Of a stretch of 64,000 bases of DNA, positions 41,670-51,795 are shown piece by piece (the first letter of the stretch is position 1; every line of letters starts with the position of its first letter). A model generated the notes under the pieces. The model did no database searches and was not told the origin of the DNA. It saw only the letters and a program-made list of their open reading frames with translations. The position numbers and the translations under genes were made by a program. Origin of the DNA: Bdellovibrionales bacterium (GTDB taxonomy: Bacteria; Bdellovibrionota; Bdellovibrionia; Bdellovibrionales; Bdellovibrionaceae). The DNA is taken from NCBI GenBank assembly GCA_031370005.1, contig JANMPT010000050.1:1-64000 (forward strand). Direction: 5' to 3'.

Positions 41670-44600
41670 ATGCTTAATAATAAAAGTCGTATTTTAAATT
41701 CACTCATTTTTTTGAGCTTAACTATAGGCTTTGCCGCCTATGGTGCAGCTGTGGCGGGTCAGACCAAATCGAAAAAAACTAAAGCAGCTCAGATCAGCGG
41801 AAAGAAAACCGTTGGCCAGTTGCTAAATCAAATTAGCCAAGACAGCCGCGGTGGCAATATCCAATTGCAGAAAAATGACACGACTCTTCCTGAGTTTGGT
41901 TTTAACTTCAAGCCGAGTCAAAATCAGCATAATTTAGAATCCATAAAGCCTCCTCGTTCGTCTGACCTCTTGTTAAATCGTGGCGGGGGGACGAAGGCAG
42001 AATATGAGCGTGTTTTGAATCAACAGATTCAAGAGTTATATAAACTTACACAAAGATTTAAAAACAGTCCAAATCGTGGCGAGTTGTGGCTGCGTCTTGC
42101 AGAGTTGTATGTTGAAAAAGCTGGAATCGTCGATTCACGACATCAAGATATCTATGATCAAGCCTTAGCAGATTTCAAAAATGGCAAAATAAAAGTTAAG
42201 CCAGTTTTAAATACATCAGAGGCAAGGTCTTTCAATCGTAGGGCTATTCAATTATATGAATGGTTTGAGCGCGATTTTCCTAAAGACGAAAAAATGGATC
42301 AGGCGTTGTTCTTTTTGGGTTACAATTATTTCGAGATGGGCGATACCCGTAAGGGCGCTCAGTATTATGTTCGTTTGAATAAGCAATTCCCACATAGTCC
42401 GTTTGTAGGAGAGTCACATTTTTCTTTGGGCGAGTATTATTTTGAGAATGAAAAATGGGCTGATGCATACAAAGAATACGCATATGTTATTAAGGATAAA
42501 AAACATCGTCTGAATATATTTGGTCTCTACAAGGGCTCTTGGTGTTTGTACCGCCTTGGAAAAAGCCAGCAGGCATTGTCTTATCTTGAGTATATTATCA
42601 AAACGGCGAAGTACGAGTCAGAGGTTTCTTCTCAGAGTCGGCGTGCCGTTAACAAAAACCGTTTGGAGCAGGAAGCACTTCGCGACATCGTGATCTTTTA
42701 CGCAGAGGCGAGACCTGCAGCAGATGCTATTGGATACTTCCGCGGCCTTTTGGGGGATGCTAACATCATTCCTAGTCTTGAGAAGTTGGCTTATTATTAC
42801 TCAGATAAGGGTGCTAAAGATGATGCTCGTGATGTTTTTAAGATGCTGATTGGTGAAAAGCCGGACAGCCCGAAGGCATTCGATTGGCAATATCAGATTG
42901 TACAAAACTATTTCTATGCTAAGAACTCGCCAAAATTCCGTGAAGAGCTTTATGTTTGGATCAAAAATTTTGCACCCAATACTCCATGGTATGAGGCGAA
43001 TAAAGCAAATAAAGATCTGATCGATAATGCCTATAAACTCCGAGAAACAACTTTACGCAATTATGCAATGCAACAGCATCAAACGGCCCAAAACTCTCAT
43101 GCGGCGGGGCCAATGAAAGCGGCTTATGAAGGCTATGTTTTTTATTTTGAAGAATTCGGAAGTGCTCCTATGGCGGCGGATATGCACTTCTACTTTGCAG
43201 AGTTACTTTACGATATGAAGCGCTACGACGAGGCAGCCGTTCATTATAAATGGGTTGTAGACAATGCCCCTCAAAATAAATTTATAGATAAAGCGGCGGC
43301 AAATTTGATTCTAGCTTTGGAAAAAAGTATTCCGACTGATGCGGAATTGCAAAAGCGAATCGCGAGTACCTTGGAGCCACAAGCCCTCGATCCAAAAGTA
43401 GAGCGTTTTATTAAGGCTAGTCAGTGGTATATTGCAAGATTCCCTCAGGCTGAAAAAGCACCAGAGATCAAGTTTCGCATTGGCCGCTTATACTATATGC
43501 ATAATCAGTTCGATGAAGCGACAAAGGTGTTTCGTGATATTGTAACTATTTATCCAAAAACAAAGTATGCAGAATATTCTGCCAACTTGCTGCTGGATAT
43601 TTTTAACTTACGTAAAGACTATGCGGGTCTTGAAAAGGCTGCTGCCGAGCTTTTGGCTGTTCAATCCATTGCCAACTCCAAAGTTGGCAGTGAAATCAAA
43701 AGCGTCATGGAAAAGGCCAGTTTCAAAAAAGGTCAAGATCTCGAGGCTGAAAAGAAGTACAGTGAATCAGCTCAAGCCTTTGAAGCTTTTGCTAAAAACA
43801 ACACACACTCAGAGTTAGCCACAACGGCGATTTTTAACGCCGGTATTAACTATGAAAGAGCGGGAGCATTGTCGTCGGCAATTGCGATGTATAATCAGGT
43901 TTTGAATTCTAAAGATACCAAGATGGAGTCAAATAAATCAAAAGTGCGACGATTTTTGGCAAAACTGTATCAAAATTCCGGAAACCTTGAAGAGGCGGCT
44001 CGTTTGTATAAAATCGCTGCGGCCGAGAATCCAAAAGATCCACTGGCGCCAAATTTTATTTATAATACAGCTTTACTAAATGAAGCTTTGGGTAAAAGCG
44101 ACTCTGCAATCCGTTCATATGAAGAATATATCAAGATGGCCAAGAGAAAAAGTGAAACCAGTGAGGCACTTTACTCGGTTGCGACTCTGCACCGTAAGGC
44201 GAATCATATTACTGCTGCAATTGATAAATATAAAAGCTATTTAGAGTCCGGCGCAAGTAATCCAGAGGAAGTGATTGAGGCTCATTACTGGATTTCAGAC
44301 TTGCTGAAACGAAAACACCAGGCCTCGGAGTCTGAAGCGTGGGCCAGAAAAACAATCGCCGTGCAAAGGAGATTGGCTGGGAATAAAAAAATTGGTGCGA
44401 AATATGCAGCAAAATTGAAATTCAATGAGGCTTTAAAAAGCTTCAATGAGTACAAGGCGGCACGCATCTCTGCGAATCCGGCCAAGCAAAAAGCGACCTT
44501 GGATAAGAAAATATCGGCTTTCGGAAAGCTAAATAAAGATATTTCTGAAGTTGTTAAGTATGATAGTGGTGAGGAAATTGTAAGTAGTTTGTCCCTTTTA

Positions 44601-44894
44601 GGGGAAGCTAACTTGCTTATGTATGAAGCCATTACGGCTGTGCCAATACCGAATGGCTTGAATGCGGAAGAGACCAAGCAATATAAAGCAGGGGTTGAGC
44701 AAATGTCCTCACCGTTTGTGTCGAAAGCGAAAGAGAGCTTTAAGCTTGCGGTGGATCGAGGTTGGGAGCTTGAAGTTTACAACGAAGCATATCACACAGC
44801 ATTGGATCAATATACAAAACTAATGCCGGGCTCTTACTACAACAACGGAGAACAGGCTTCAGACGTCAGAATTATAAATTGGATGACACAATGA
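41670..44894 (+). CDS. Large TPR protein, GltD/AgmU-like
   Basis: 1074 aa of TPR repeats after a signal peptide; position in the Glt/Agl cluster. Confidence 0.8.
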   Translation: MLNNKSRILNSLIFLSLTIGFAAYGAAVAGQTKSKKTKAAQISGKKTVGQLLNQISQDSRGGNIQLQKNDTTLPEFGFNFKPSQNQHNLESIKPPRSSDLLLNRGGGTKAEYERVLNQQIQELYKLTQRFKNSPNRGELWLRLAELYVEKAGIVDSRHQDIYDQALADFKNGKIKVKPVLNTSEARSFNRRAIQLYEWFERDFPKDEKMDQALFFLGYNYFEMGDTRKGAQYYVRLNKQFPHSPFVGESHFSLGEYYFENEKWADAYKEYAYVIKDKKHRLNIFGLYKGSWCLYRLGKSQQALSYLEYIIKTAKYESEVSSQSRRAVNKNRLEQEALRDIVIFYAEARPAADAIGYFRGLLGDANIIPSLEKLAYYYSDKGAKDDARDVFKMLIGEKPDSPKAFDWQYQIVQNYFYAKNSPKFREELYVWIKNFAPNTPWYEANKANKDLIDNAYKLRETTLRNYAMQQHQTAQNSHAAGPMKAAYEGYVFYFEEFGSAPMAADMHFYFAELLYDMKRYDEAAVHYKWVVDNAPQNKFIDKAAANLILALEKSIPTDAELQKRIASTLEPQALDPKVERFIKASQWYIARFPQAEKAPEIKFRIGRLYYMHNQFDEATKVFRDIVTIYPKTKYAEYSANLLLDIFNLRKDYAGLEKAAAELLAVQSIANSKVGSEIKSVMEKASFKKGQDLEAEKKYSESAQAFEAFAKNNTHSELATTAIFNAGINYERAGALSSAIAMYNQVLNSKDTKMESNKSKVRRFLAKLYQNSGNLEEAARLYKIAAAENPKDPLAPNFIYNTALLNEALGKSDSAIRSYEEYIKMAKRKSETSEALYSVATLHRKANHITAAIDKYKSYLESGASNPEEVIEAHYWISDLLKRKHQASESEAWARKTIAVQRRLAGNKKIGAKYAAKLKFNEALKSFNEYKAARISANPAKQKATLDKKISAFGKLNKDISEVVKYDSGEEIVSSLSLLGEANLLMYEAITAVPIPNGLNAEETKQYKAGVEQMSSPFVSKAKESFKLAVDRGWELEVYNEAYHTALDQYTKLMPGSYYNNGEQASDVRIINWMTQ

Positions 44895-45808
44895 TAAAAA
44901 TAATTATTCTAGTTTCAATTCTTAGCGGACTTTTCGCAGCTTGTGGATCATCTCCGACAAAACAAGGCAGCGGCGATGATGGCGGATACAGCCCTGTAGC
45001 AAGCGCTACTGCTGGAAGCTCGGCAAAGAGCTTTAATTTAGACGAAGACAGCAGTTTAAACACTTCAACAAAGGCTGCCCCTACTTCAGCTCAATCAGCC
45101 AAAGTCGTGGCACCAGTGGCTTCAGTTTCACCGGCAGCTCCACTGAGTCAAGGTGTGTTGATTGATGTAATCAAGAGCCAAAATGATGAGCAGATTTTCC
45201 ACGTTGCTGGTCAGCTGCTCACCCAAAATCCAAATAATGTGAAAGCAATGAATGCCATGGCCATGTACTATTTCAAAAAGGGCAAAGTGGACACCGCCAG
45301 ATATTTATTAAATAAAGCCATCGCCACGGATCCAAATGCCGGCGAGGCCTATAGCAATATGGGTCTGATTTATCTTGCAAACAATGAGCGTCTAGAGGCG
45401 ATCAAGGCTTTCCATAAGGCCCTTGATATCAACGCGAACGATAGTGTTGCCGCAGCCAATGCGGGCTCGATCTATGTCGCGGAGAAAGACTACAACAAAG
45501 CTGTTTTGGTTCTAGCTGTCGCCTACAATGGAGGCGTCCGCGACGTAAAAACTTTAAACAACTATGCTATTGCATTAACAGCTGTCGGGAAGTTCGACGA
45601 GGCAAGTTCAATCTATCAGGCGGCGATGAAAGATCAAAATAACAATCGCGAGTTGCTTTTAAACTATGCTATTCTCTTGATTGATCACATGAACAAGTAC
45701 AAAGAGGGCATGGACGCTCTGAACAGACTTAGGTTCGTAGGTCCTCCTTCAGAGTCCCGCAACCGCATGAGTGCTTTAGAAACTAAAGCAAAGGCTGGTT
45801 TAAAATAG
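44891..45808 (+). CDS. TPR lipoprotein, GltE/AglT-like
   Basis: Lipobox FAAC; TPR repeats; cluster position. Confidence 0.78.
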   Translation: MIKIIILVSILSGLFAACGSSPTKQGSGDDGGYSPVASATAGSSAKSFNLDEDSSLNTSTKAAPTSAQSAKVVAPVASVSPAAPLSQGVLIDVIKSQNDEQIFHVAGQLLTQNPNNVKAMNAMAMYYFKKGKVDTARYLLNKAIATDPNAGEAYSNMGLIYLANNERLEAIKAFHKALDINANDSVAAANAGSIYVAEKDYNKAVLVLAVAYNGGVRDVKTLNNYAIALTAVGKFDEASSIYQAAMKDQNNNRELLLNYAILLIDHMNKYKEGMDALNRLRFVGPPSESRNRMSALETKAKAGLK

Positions 45809-45819
45809 AAACAGGGGGA

Positions 45820-46146
45820 ATGAGGATCATGAAACGTCTTTTACTGTCGGCGATCACTTGCAGCTTAGTTATCTTCATGAGCAGCTATGCCTTTGCTCAA
45901 GAGGAGGCGGCTCCAGCTCCTACGCCCTCATCGGGAGCGTCGAAGTCTCATCCCAAGGGCGCTCGTACTCAAAAGTTGAACTTTGAGGATGAGTTGGTTG
46001 AGGGCGGAACTCAAAAGCCGGAATTATTTTATCTCTTTCAGAAGAAAAATTTTAACTATAAGCGTTTAATTAAGTTGAGACAAAATTTTATTCCTGAAAT
46101 GAGAAAAACATCTGAAGATATTCAGCGCATTCGGGGTGGCACTTGA
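45820..46146 (+). CDS. Small secreted protein, GltF/CglF-like
   Basis: LNFEDELVEGG.QKP...LIKLRQNFIPEM pattern. Confidence 0.7.
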   Translation: MRIMKRLLLSAITCSLVIFMSSYAFAQEEAAPAPTPSSGASKSHPKGARTQKLNFEDELVEGGTQKPELFYLFQKKNFNYKRLIKLRQNFIPEMRKTSEDIQRIRGGT

Positions 46147-48209
46147 AATCTCCTGTTATACTTAGAGTGTTTAAGGGTAATCAATTAGTTGAGGTGAAGC
46201 AGTTCGATCTGGACCAAATTGTTATCGGTCGTCGCGTTGAGGCAGGCCTAGATCTGGATGCTGACGAAGTTTCCGCTGTACATGGCTTAATTGAGTTGAG
46301 GGATTCCGGCTACTATATTTGTGACCTCGGGTCGGCTACTGGAACCTTTAAAAATGGCGAATCCGTTTTGGATGAACCACTTGCTTCAGGCGATGAAATA
46401 AAAATCGGTCCATTTAAGATTATTTTTTTTGTCGGTATTCCAAAACCAAAAGCCGCGCCTCCGGGGCAGCCTGAAGTTGTTGCCGAACCAGCATCCATTC
46501 CAGCAAGTATGCCACAAACGGTGGCTCCAAGTATTCCAATGGCGACACCGGTTTTTGAAGCACCCAAAGTGGAGGCAAAGCCTCATATTGCGACAGCCCC
46601 CGTGGTTGGACCAGCGGCGAGAGCCGAGACTTTCACTGCGAAGAAATCTACTTTTAATAAAAAAGGTAAAAACAAAAAAACTTTTGCTCCGGCCAGTGAA
46701 GTAAAAGAGCTTCGCGACCTTCTTCGGCCCGGCAAAGGAAATGTCGTAGAGGTTATTCTCAGCTGGAAAGAGCGAGTTTTAACGACCTATCATTACCGCA
46801 CCCCAGGGATTATACGCCTGGGGCCTGGTGAAAAATTTGAAATTAATATCCCAGAGGGTGTTTGCCCAGTTGGATGGCCACTTGTTGAAGTAGGTCCAGA
46901 GACTCGTGTCGCGGCGACTTCCGAAATGAAAGTTGAGCTTGTAACAAAAGACGGCCGAAAATCTATTGATGAGCTTTTGCGTTCAGGGAAAGCTCAACGC
47001 GTTGGTAGTTCTGTGACTATGAAGTTGGATCAAGAAGAGATTTATTTTATAGCATTGCCTAATAGTGATTTGCAACTTTACGTTCGCTTCGTGCCTCAGC
47101 CTCCGGTACTGCCGATTTCACCCTGGTTTTTGAGCAGCTCAGAACTTACTGGGATGGTCATGTCCTTAATCTTGGTGGCTCTGTTGGCGCTTTATGTTTA
47201 CACAACAGCCCCCTCAATGCAGGAAGAAGAAAGGAAGGAAGAGATTGTGGCACAGGTGGTTTTTGATAAGCCAAAACCCACGCAACCGCCAGTAGCTGTT
47301 GTCGAAGAAAAGCCAGTTGCGACGCCAACTCCGGCTCCACCGAAGCCTGCGCCGACCCCTAAAAAAGTTCAGTTGGTGGATAAGTCGGTTGAAACTGCAA
47401 ATAAAGCCAAAAAATCAGAGGTAGTTGTGGTGTCTAAGAATACAAAAGCAGGTGCTGCGCCTGAAGTGATGCCAAAGCCGAAGTCGCAAAATAAGCCAAA
47501 GGTTTTTACTTCAGCACATCCGCAAGGTGGCGCTGTTAAGCAAGGCCCTACGGAGTCAGCAAATGCTCAGAGCAAGAATAAAGATGTCACTAAAGTTGGT
47601 ATATTCTCTGATTTAAGCACAGGTGGGATAAGGAAAAGTCTTGATAAAGCGTATTCAGGAGCGGGTGAAGCTCTTGGAACTGCAGCGAACGCAACAGGAA
47701 CGGCCGGTTCAAATTCAGACCGTGCCGGCGATGACATCGGCGGTAAGTTTAAGGACACAGGAGCCGGCGGTAAGGGTACAGCTACTGTGGGTATCGCTGG
47801 GATTGGGACGAGAGGCCGAGGAACAGGTTACGGAACCGGGGGCGGCCTTGGGGATAAGAATTCTGTTGCTATCGAGCCTGGAGGCGTGGAGGAAAAATTT
47901 GTTGGAGGTATTGATCGTGAAGCCGTACGGCGCGTGATTCGCGCGGGACTTCGTGAGATCCGTGGGTGTTACGAGCGTGAGTTGAATAAGCTCAACAAGA
48001 CTCAGCATCTAGAAGGTAAAGTGGTTATTGAATGGACCATCGTGCAAGGTGGAAAAGCGTTGAATGCGAAAGTGAAAAGCACAACCTTAGGAAATCGCGC
48101 GGTTGAAAACTGTGTGAGAGACCGCTTGGCAACTTGGAGATTCCCCGATCCACCAGCAGACACGGTGGGAGAGGTTAATTATCCATTCTATTTTAGAGCT
48201 GAAAATTAA
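46143..48209 (+). CDS. FHA + TM + TonB-like C-terminal protein (GltG/AgmX/PglI-like)
   Basis: IGR...VSAVH...DLGSATGT FHA domain; Pro- and Gly-rich linker; IRGCYERE...WRFP...VNYPF C-terminus. Confidence 0.85.
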   Translation: MKSPVILRVFKGNQLVEVKQFDLDQIVIGRRVEAGLDLDADEVSAVHGLIELRDSGYYICDLGSATGTFKNGESVLDEPLASGDEIKIGPFKIIFFVGIPKPKAAPPGQPEVVAEPASIPASMPQTVAPSIPMATPVFEAPKVEAKPHIATAPVVGPAARAETFTAKKSTFNKKGKNKKTFAPASEVKELRDLLRPGKGNVVEVILSWKERVLTTYHYRTPGIIRLGPGEKFEINIPEGVCPVGWPLVEVGPETRVAATSEMKVELVTKDGRKSIDELLRSGKAQRVGSSVTMKLDQEEIYFIALPNSDLQLYVRFVPQPPVLPISPWFLSSSELTGMVMSLILVALLALYVYTTAPSMQEEERKEEIVAQVVFDKPKPTQPPVAVVEEKPVATPTPAPPKPAPTPKKVQLVDKSVETANKAKKSEVVVVSKNTKAGAAPEVMPKPKSQNKPKVFTSAHPQGGAVKQGPTESANAQSKNKDVTKVGIFSDLSTGGIRKSLDKAYSGAGEALGTAANATGTAGSNSDRAGDDIGGKFKDTGAGGKGTATVGIAGIGTRGRGTGYGTGGGLGDKNSVAIEPGGVEEKFVGGIDREAVRRVIRAGLREIRGCYERELNKLNKTQHLEGKVVIEWTIVQGGKALNAKVKSTTLGNRAVENCVRDRLATWRFPDPPADTVGEVNYPFYFRAEN

Positions 48210-48243
48210 TTTTAAGAAAAGCTAATCCTTAAGGAGGAAAGTC

Positions 48244-48954
48244 GTGAACCCTATAGCAACACCAACCGATGCCGCAGTCGCCGCAGCAATGCAAGCCGTG
48301 TCTGCAACTGAAAATATGAACTTTGTTCAAAGAGCCTTTGTTGAGGGCGGCTTTGTGATGTACGTAATTGCTTTGATTGCAATCATTGCGACTTTTTTAA
48401 TCATTGAACGCATAATGAAATTTAAAGCTCTAGCAATAGATAAGAAGGATTTCACAGACCAAATTTTTCGTATGGTGGTCAGCGGTGATTTGCGCCAGGC
48501 GATTTCGTTTTGCGATACTCGCTCAGCTCCTCTCACAAATACGGTGAAGGCAGGTCTTGTACAAGCAATGAACAAGCGCCCTGATGAAGAAATCCAAGTA
48601 GCGATGGATGCTGCAGTTCTAAGAGAGATGCCTAAGGTCGAGGGCTGGTCTTCGTTTTTAGCTGTTTTTGGAAATATTGCAGTGTTGGCAGGTCTTCTTG
48701 GGACGATCATGGGTATGATCGGCTCTTTCAGAGCGGTATCAGCGGCGGATCCAGCAACAAAGGCCCAAAAGCTTTCTGAAGGTATTTCCCATGCCTTGAA
48801 TTGTACTGCATTTGGTCTGAGTGTCGCGATTGTTTCAATTATTGCTTACGGTTTGTTCCAACATCAAATTCAAAAGACGGAAAATGAAGTTGTAGAAACA
48901 AGCATGAGTCTATTGAACCTCGTAGCTGCAAATAGAGATAAAATTAAAGATTAA
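48244..48954 (+). CDS. MotA/TolQ/ExbB proton channel (AglR-like)
   Basis: GLLGTIMGMI...F and GISHALNCTAFGL motifs. Confidence 0.9.
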   Translation: MNPIATPTDAAVAAAMQAVSATENMNFVQRAFVEGGFVMYVIALIAIIATFLIIERIMKFKALAIDKKDFTDQIFRMVVSGDLRQAISFCDTRSAPLTNTVKAGLVQAMNKRPDEEIQVAMDAAVLREMPKVEGWSSFLAVFGNIAVLAGLLGTIMGMIGSFRAVSAADPATKAQKLSEGISHALNCTAFGLSVAIVSIIAYGLFQHQIQKTENEVVETSMSLLNLVAANRDKIKD

Positions 48955-48979
48955 TTTTTTTAATTAAGGATTCAAAGCC

Positions 48980-49453
48980 ATGGCAAATGTAGAAGAAGGA
49001 AAGAGAAGGGGCCGAGGAAGGAATGTAGAGTTAAATCTAGTTCCGGTCATCGACTTGATGAGTGTGTTGATTACTTTCCTATTGATAACAGCGGTTTGGT
49101 CGCAGGTTAACATGATGCAGATCGGGAGTTCTCTTTATGGAAAACAGCTCGATGACAAAAGTCCAGTGCCACCGCCGAAATCGGATGTGGTTTTGAAAAT
49201 TGATATTAAAGAGGCAGGTTATACTCTAACTGTCGGCAAACAAGTGATTAGTTTGCCACTGAAAAGTGGCGTGTTTGATGACTCTGGCTTGATGGCTCAA
49301 CTGCAACGAGTGAAGCAGCTTTATCCAGAAAAAACGGATGCAATTGTTACTATGGCTGACGAGTTGCCGTATGAACAGCTGATTCGCGGTATGGACGACT
49401 GTTTACAATCTGGGTTCCCGGCGATCTCAGTGGCGACAGGAGCGCCAATTTAA
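48980..49453 (+). CDS. ExbD/TolR family protein (AglQ-like)
   Basis: LNLVPVIDLMSVLITFLL with conserved Asp. Confidence 0.88.
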   Translation: MANVEEGKRRGRGRNVELNLVPVIDLMSVLITFLLITAVWSQVNMMQIGSSLYGKQLDDKSPVPPPKSDVVLKIDIKEAGYTLTVGKQVISLPLKSGVFDDSGLMAQLQRVKQLYPEKTDAIVTMADELPYEQLIRGMDDCLQSGFPAISVATGAPI

Positions 49454-49454
49454 T

Positions 49455-50045
49455 ATGGCTATATTTAGACCTGGTGAGAGACACCGATATCACAATATTC
49501 TTAAGAGAAATAAAAATAAACGAGGCGTAACCGCGATGCTGTCACTGACTGCCATGGTGGATATGTTCACAGTTCTTGTGATCTTTCTTTTGCAGAACTA
49601 TAACACCACTGGGGAAGTAATCTTTATTCCAAAAGAAGTTATTCTGCCCAAGGCGGCCATGGTCAAAGAGCTGAAGCCGGCCTTTGTTGTAACAGTTTCA
49701 AACAAAGAAGTTCTTCTCGACAGAATGCGTGTTGCAACTTTTGACGAAGTCAAAGGCAATGAGGCGTGGATGATCAAGAGTCTTTACGAACCTTTGAAGG
49801 CGGCTTTGGATAAGAAAAAAGCCGAGCACGAGGGTGGATTAAACAATAAAGTAAAGGCTGCGGTCAGCAATGCTCGAGGCCAAGAGGAAGAAGACCCTAA
49901 CTCTTGGAGGAAGGTCACAATTCAAAGTGATAAAGACGTGGACTTCTTGACGGTAAAAAAGGTCATGTTTACAGTGACTGAAGCCGGCGCTGGCGAGATT
50001 AACTTTGCCGTTATGAAGCGTCCAAACGAGCCGACTTCAAATTAG
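49455..50045 (+). CDS. ExbD/TolR family protein (AglS-like)
   Basis: LTAMVDMFTVLVIFLL and IQSDKDV motifs. Confidence 0.88.
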   Translation: MAIFRPGERHRYHNILKRNKNKRGVTAMLSLTAMVDMFTVLVIFLLQNYNTTGEVIFIPKEVILPKAAMVKELKPAFVVTVSNKEVLLDRMRVATFDEVKGNEAWMIKSLYEPLKAALDKKKAEHEGGLNNKVKAAVSNARGQEEEDPNSWRKVTIQSDKDVDFLTVKKVMFTVTEAGAGEINFAVMKRPNEPTSN

Positions 50046-50097
50046 TTTGATTGCTAAATAAACTAATTTTAGAGGTCGTAATTGCGGTGCGTGACTG

Positions 50098-51057
50098 ATG
50101 AAGAACCTCAAAAATATTCTATTTGTAATTCTTCTCATATTTCTTTTTGTTGAAGTGCTTATTATTTTTCCCAACAGGCTCGAACATAAAGAAAAAGAGC
50201 TCCCTACGGCGACAACTCAAGTCGACTCCACTCAGCCAGAACAAAAAATGAAGGGCGTTCACCTTGTTGAAGCACGGCAGGGGCATCAGGACTGGGAACT
50301 CTTCTCTGCGGCGGCTGAAGGTTACCAAGGTAAAGGCGCTTGGGAGCTTAAGAAGGTGAGAGTTTTGTTCTATAACAAAGAAAAAATTAGCTTCACTGTG
50401 ACCGGCGATCTTGGCTCTATCGATGGAAAATCCAAAGATCTTAGAATCAAGGGGAATGTCATTACCAAGTCTGAAAATGGTTATATTTTTAAAACCTCTT
50501 CAATTTTTTATAATGCAAAGAAGCGTCAGATCTTGAGCAGTGAAAAGTTAAGCATGCACGGCCCTAAGGATGAAATGGGTGATGGTTTTGTTCTGGAGGG
50601 AACTGACATGCTGGTTTTAGTTGACGATAACCGCATGACTATTAATCAGAATGTGAGGGGATCTAAGAAGTTCAAAGACGGAAAAGACTTTTTTATAACC
50701 AGTGATAAGGCGGAGTTTTCTGGTCAGTCGCACCAAGCGCGGTTTTATGGAAATGTTGAAATGAAATACGCAAATTTGCGTTTGCAGGGGCCGACGGCGG
50801 TTTTCCAGTATAAGGGAAATACGTCGCTGATTAACTATATTCAGATACAGGGTGGCGTTCGGGTCAATGATGCGGATAAAGTTGCGACAGCGGATACGGT
50901 CAATCTGGACCTTTTTAAGAATATTTTTACTTTTCGCGGAAAGCCAAAAGTTATTCAAAATAACGACGAGCTTTCTGGTGAGGAAATCATCTTTCTTGAT
51001 GGCGGGAAAAAGGTTAAGGTAGAAAAAGTTCGAGCGAGAATGGAAAAGAAGGATTAA
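50098..51057 (+). CDS. lptC: LPS export protein, LptC + LptA/OstA-like fusion
   Basis: N-terminal TM, LptC-like jellyroll, then ITSDKAE...GNV...GKPKVIQ..L.GEEI OstA-like half; directly upstream of lptB. Confidence 0.8.
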   Translation: MKNLKNILFVILLIFLFVEVLIIFPNRLEHKEKELPTATTQVDSTQPEQKMKGVHLVEARQGHQDWELFSAAAEGYQGKGAWELKKVRVLFYNKEKISFTVTGDLGSIDGKSKDLRIKGNVITKSENGYIFKTSSIFYNAKKRQILSSEKLSMHGPKDEMGDGFVLEGTDMLVLVDDNRMTINQNVRGSKKFKDGKDFFITSDKAEFSGQSHQARFYGNVEMKYANLRLQGPTAVFQYKGNTSLINYIQIQGGVRVNDADKVATADTVNLDLFKNIFTFRGKPKVIQNNDELSGEEIIFLDGGKKVKVEKVRARMEKKD

Positions 51058-51061
51058 CTAG

Positions 51062-51784
51062 ATGAGCTATCTTCAAATTAAGGAAATCTCAAAAGCCTAC
51101 AAAAAACGACAGGTTGTGGATGGCGCTTCTTTCTCTGTAGAGTCCGGACAGGTTGTTGGCCTTCTTGGCCCTAATGGCGCCGGCAAAACCACTTCGTTTT
51201 ATATGGTGGTTGGTCTAGTAAAGCCAGACTCCGGATTTATCGAACTAGATGCTCGAGATATCTCGGGCGAGCCCATGTACCGCCGAGCTCGGATTGGCCT
51301 TAGTTATTTGGCACAGGAACCGAGTATTTTTAGGAAGCTCACCGTGAGTGATAATATCATTGTAGCACTTGAGGCCCAGGGCTTCAGCGGCTCACAGCGT
51401 TCTGAGAGGCTTGAGGCCTTGCTTTCTGACTTTCACATTGCTCATATCCGCGATAGCTACGGATATTCCCTGTCCGGAGGCGAGCGTCGCCGGGTGGAAA
51501 TTGCGCGAGCATTAGCGGGGGCTCCGAAGTTTTTGCTTCTTGATGAGCCTTTTGCTGGGATTGACCCTATTGCTGTAGCGGATATTCAGAATATCATTCG
51601 AGACCTTAAGGCCAAAGGTATAGGAGTTTTGATCACTGATCACAACGTGCGTGAGACTCTGGGTATTTGCGACTATGCTTATATATTGAAGGACGGTAAA
51701 ATTCAGGTGAGTGGGAGTGCGGACGAAATCGCGAACTCAGAGCTGGCCAGAAAGTTTTACCTGGGAGAAAACTTTAGACTTTAG
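51062..51784 (+). CDS. lptB: LPS export ABC transporter ATP-binding protein
   Basis: [31 protein letters not shown] and TDHNVRETL motifs. Confidence 0.97.
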   Translation: MSYLQIKEISKAYKKRQVVDGASFSVESGQVVGLLGPNGAGKTTSFYMVVGLVKPDSGFIELDARDISGEPMYRRARIGLSYLAQEPSIFRKLTVSDNIIVALEAQGFSGSQRSERLEALLSDFHIAHIRDSYGYSLSGGERRRVEIARALAGAPKFLLLDEPFAGIDPIAVADIQNIIRDLKAKGIGVLITDHNVRETLGICDYAYILKDGKIQVSGSADEIANSELARKFYLGENFRL

Positions 51785-51795
51785 GAGATATTTTA

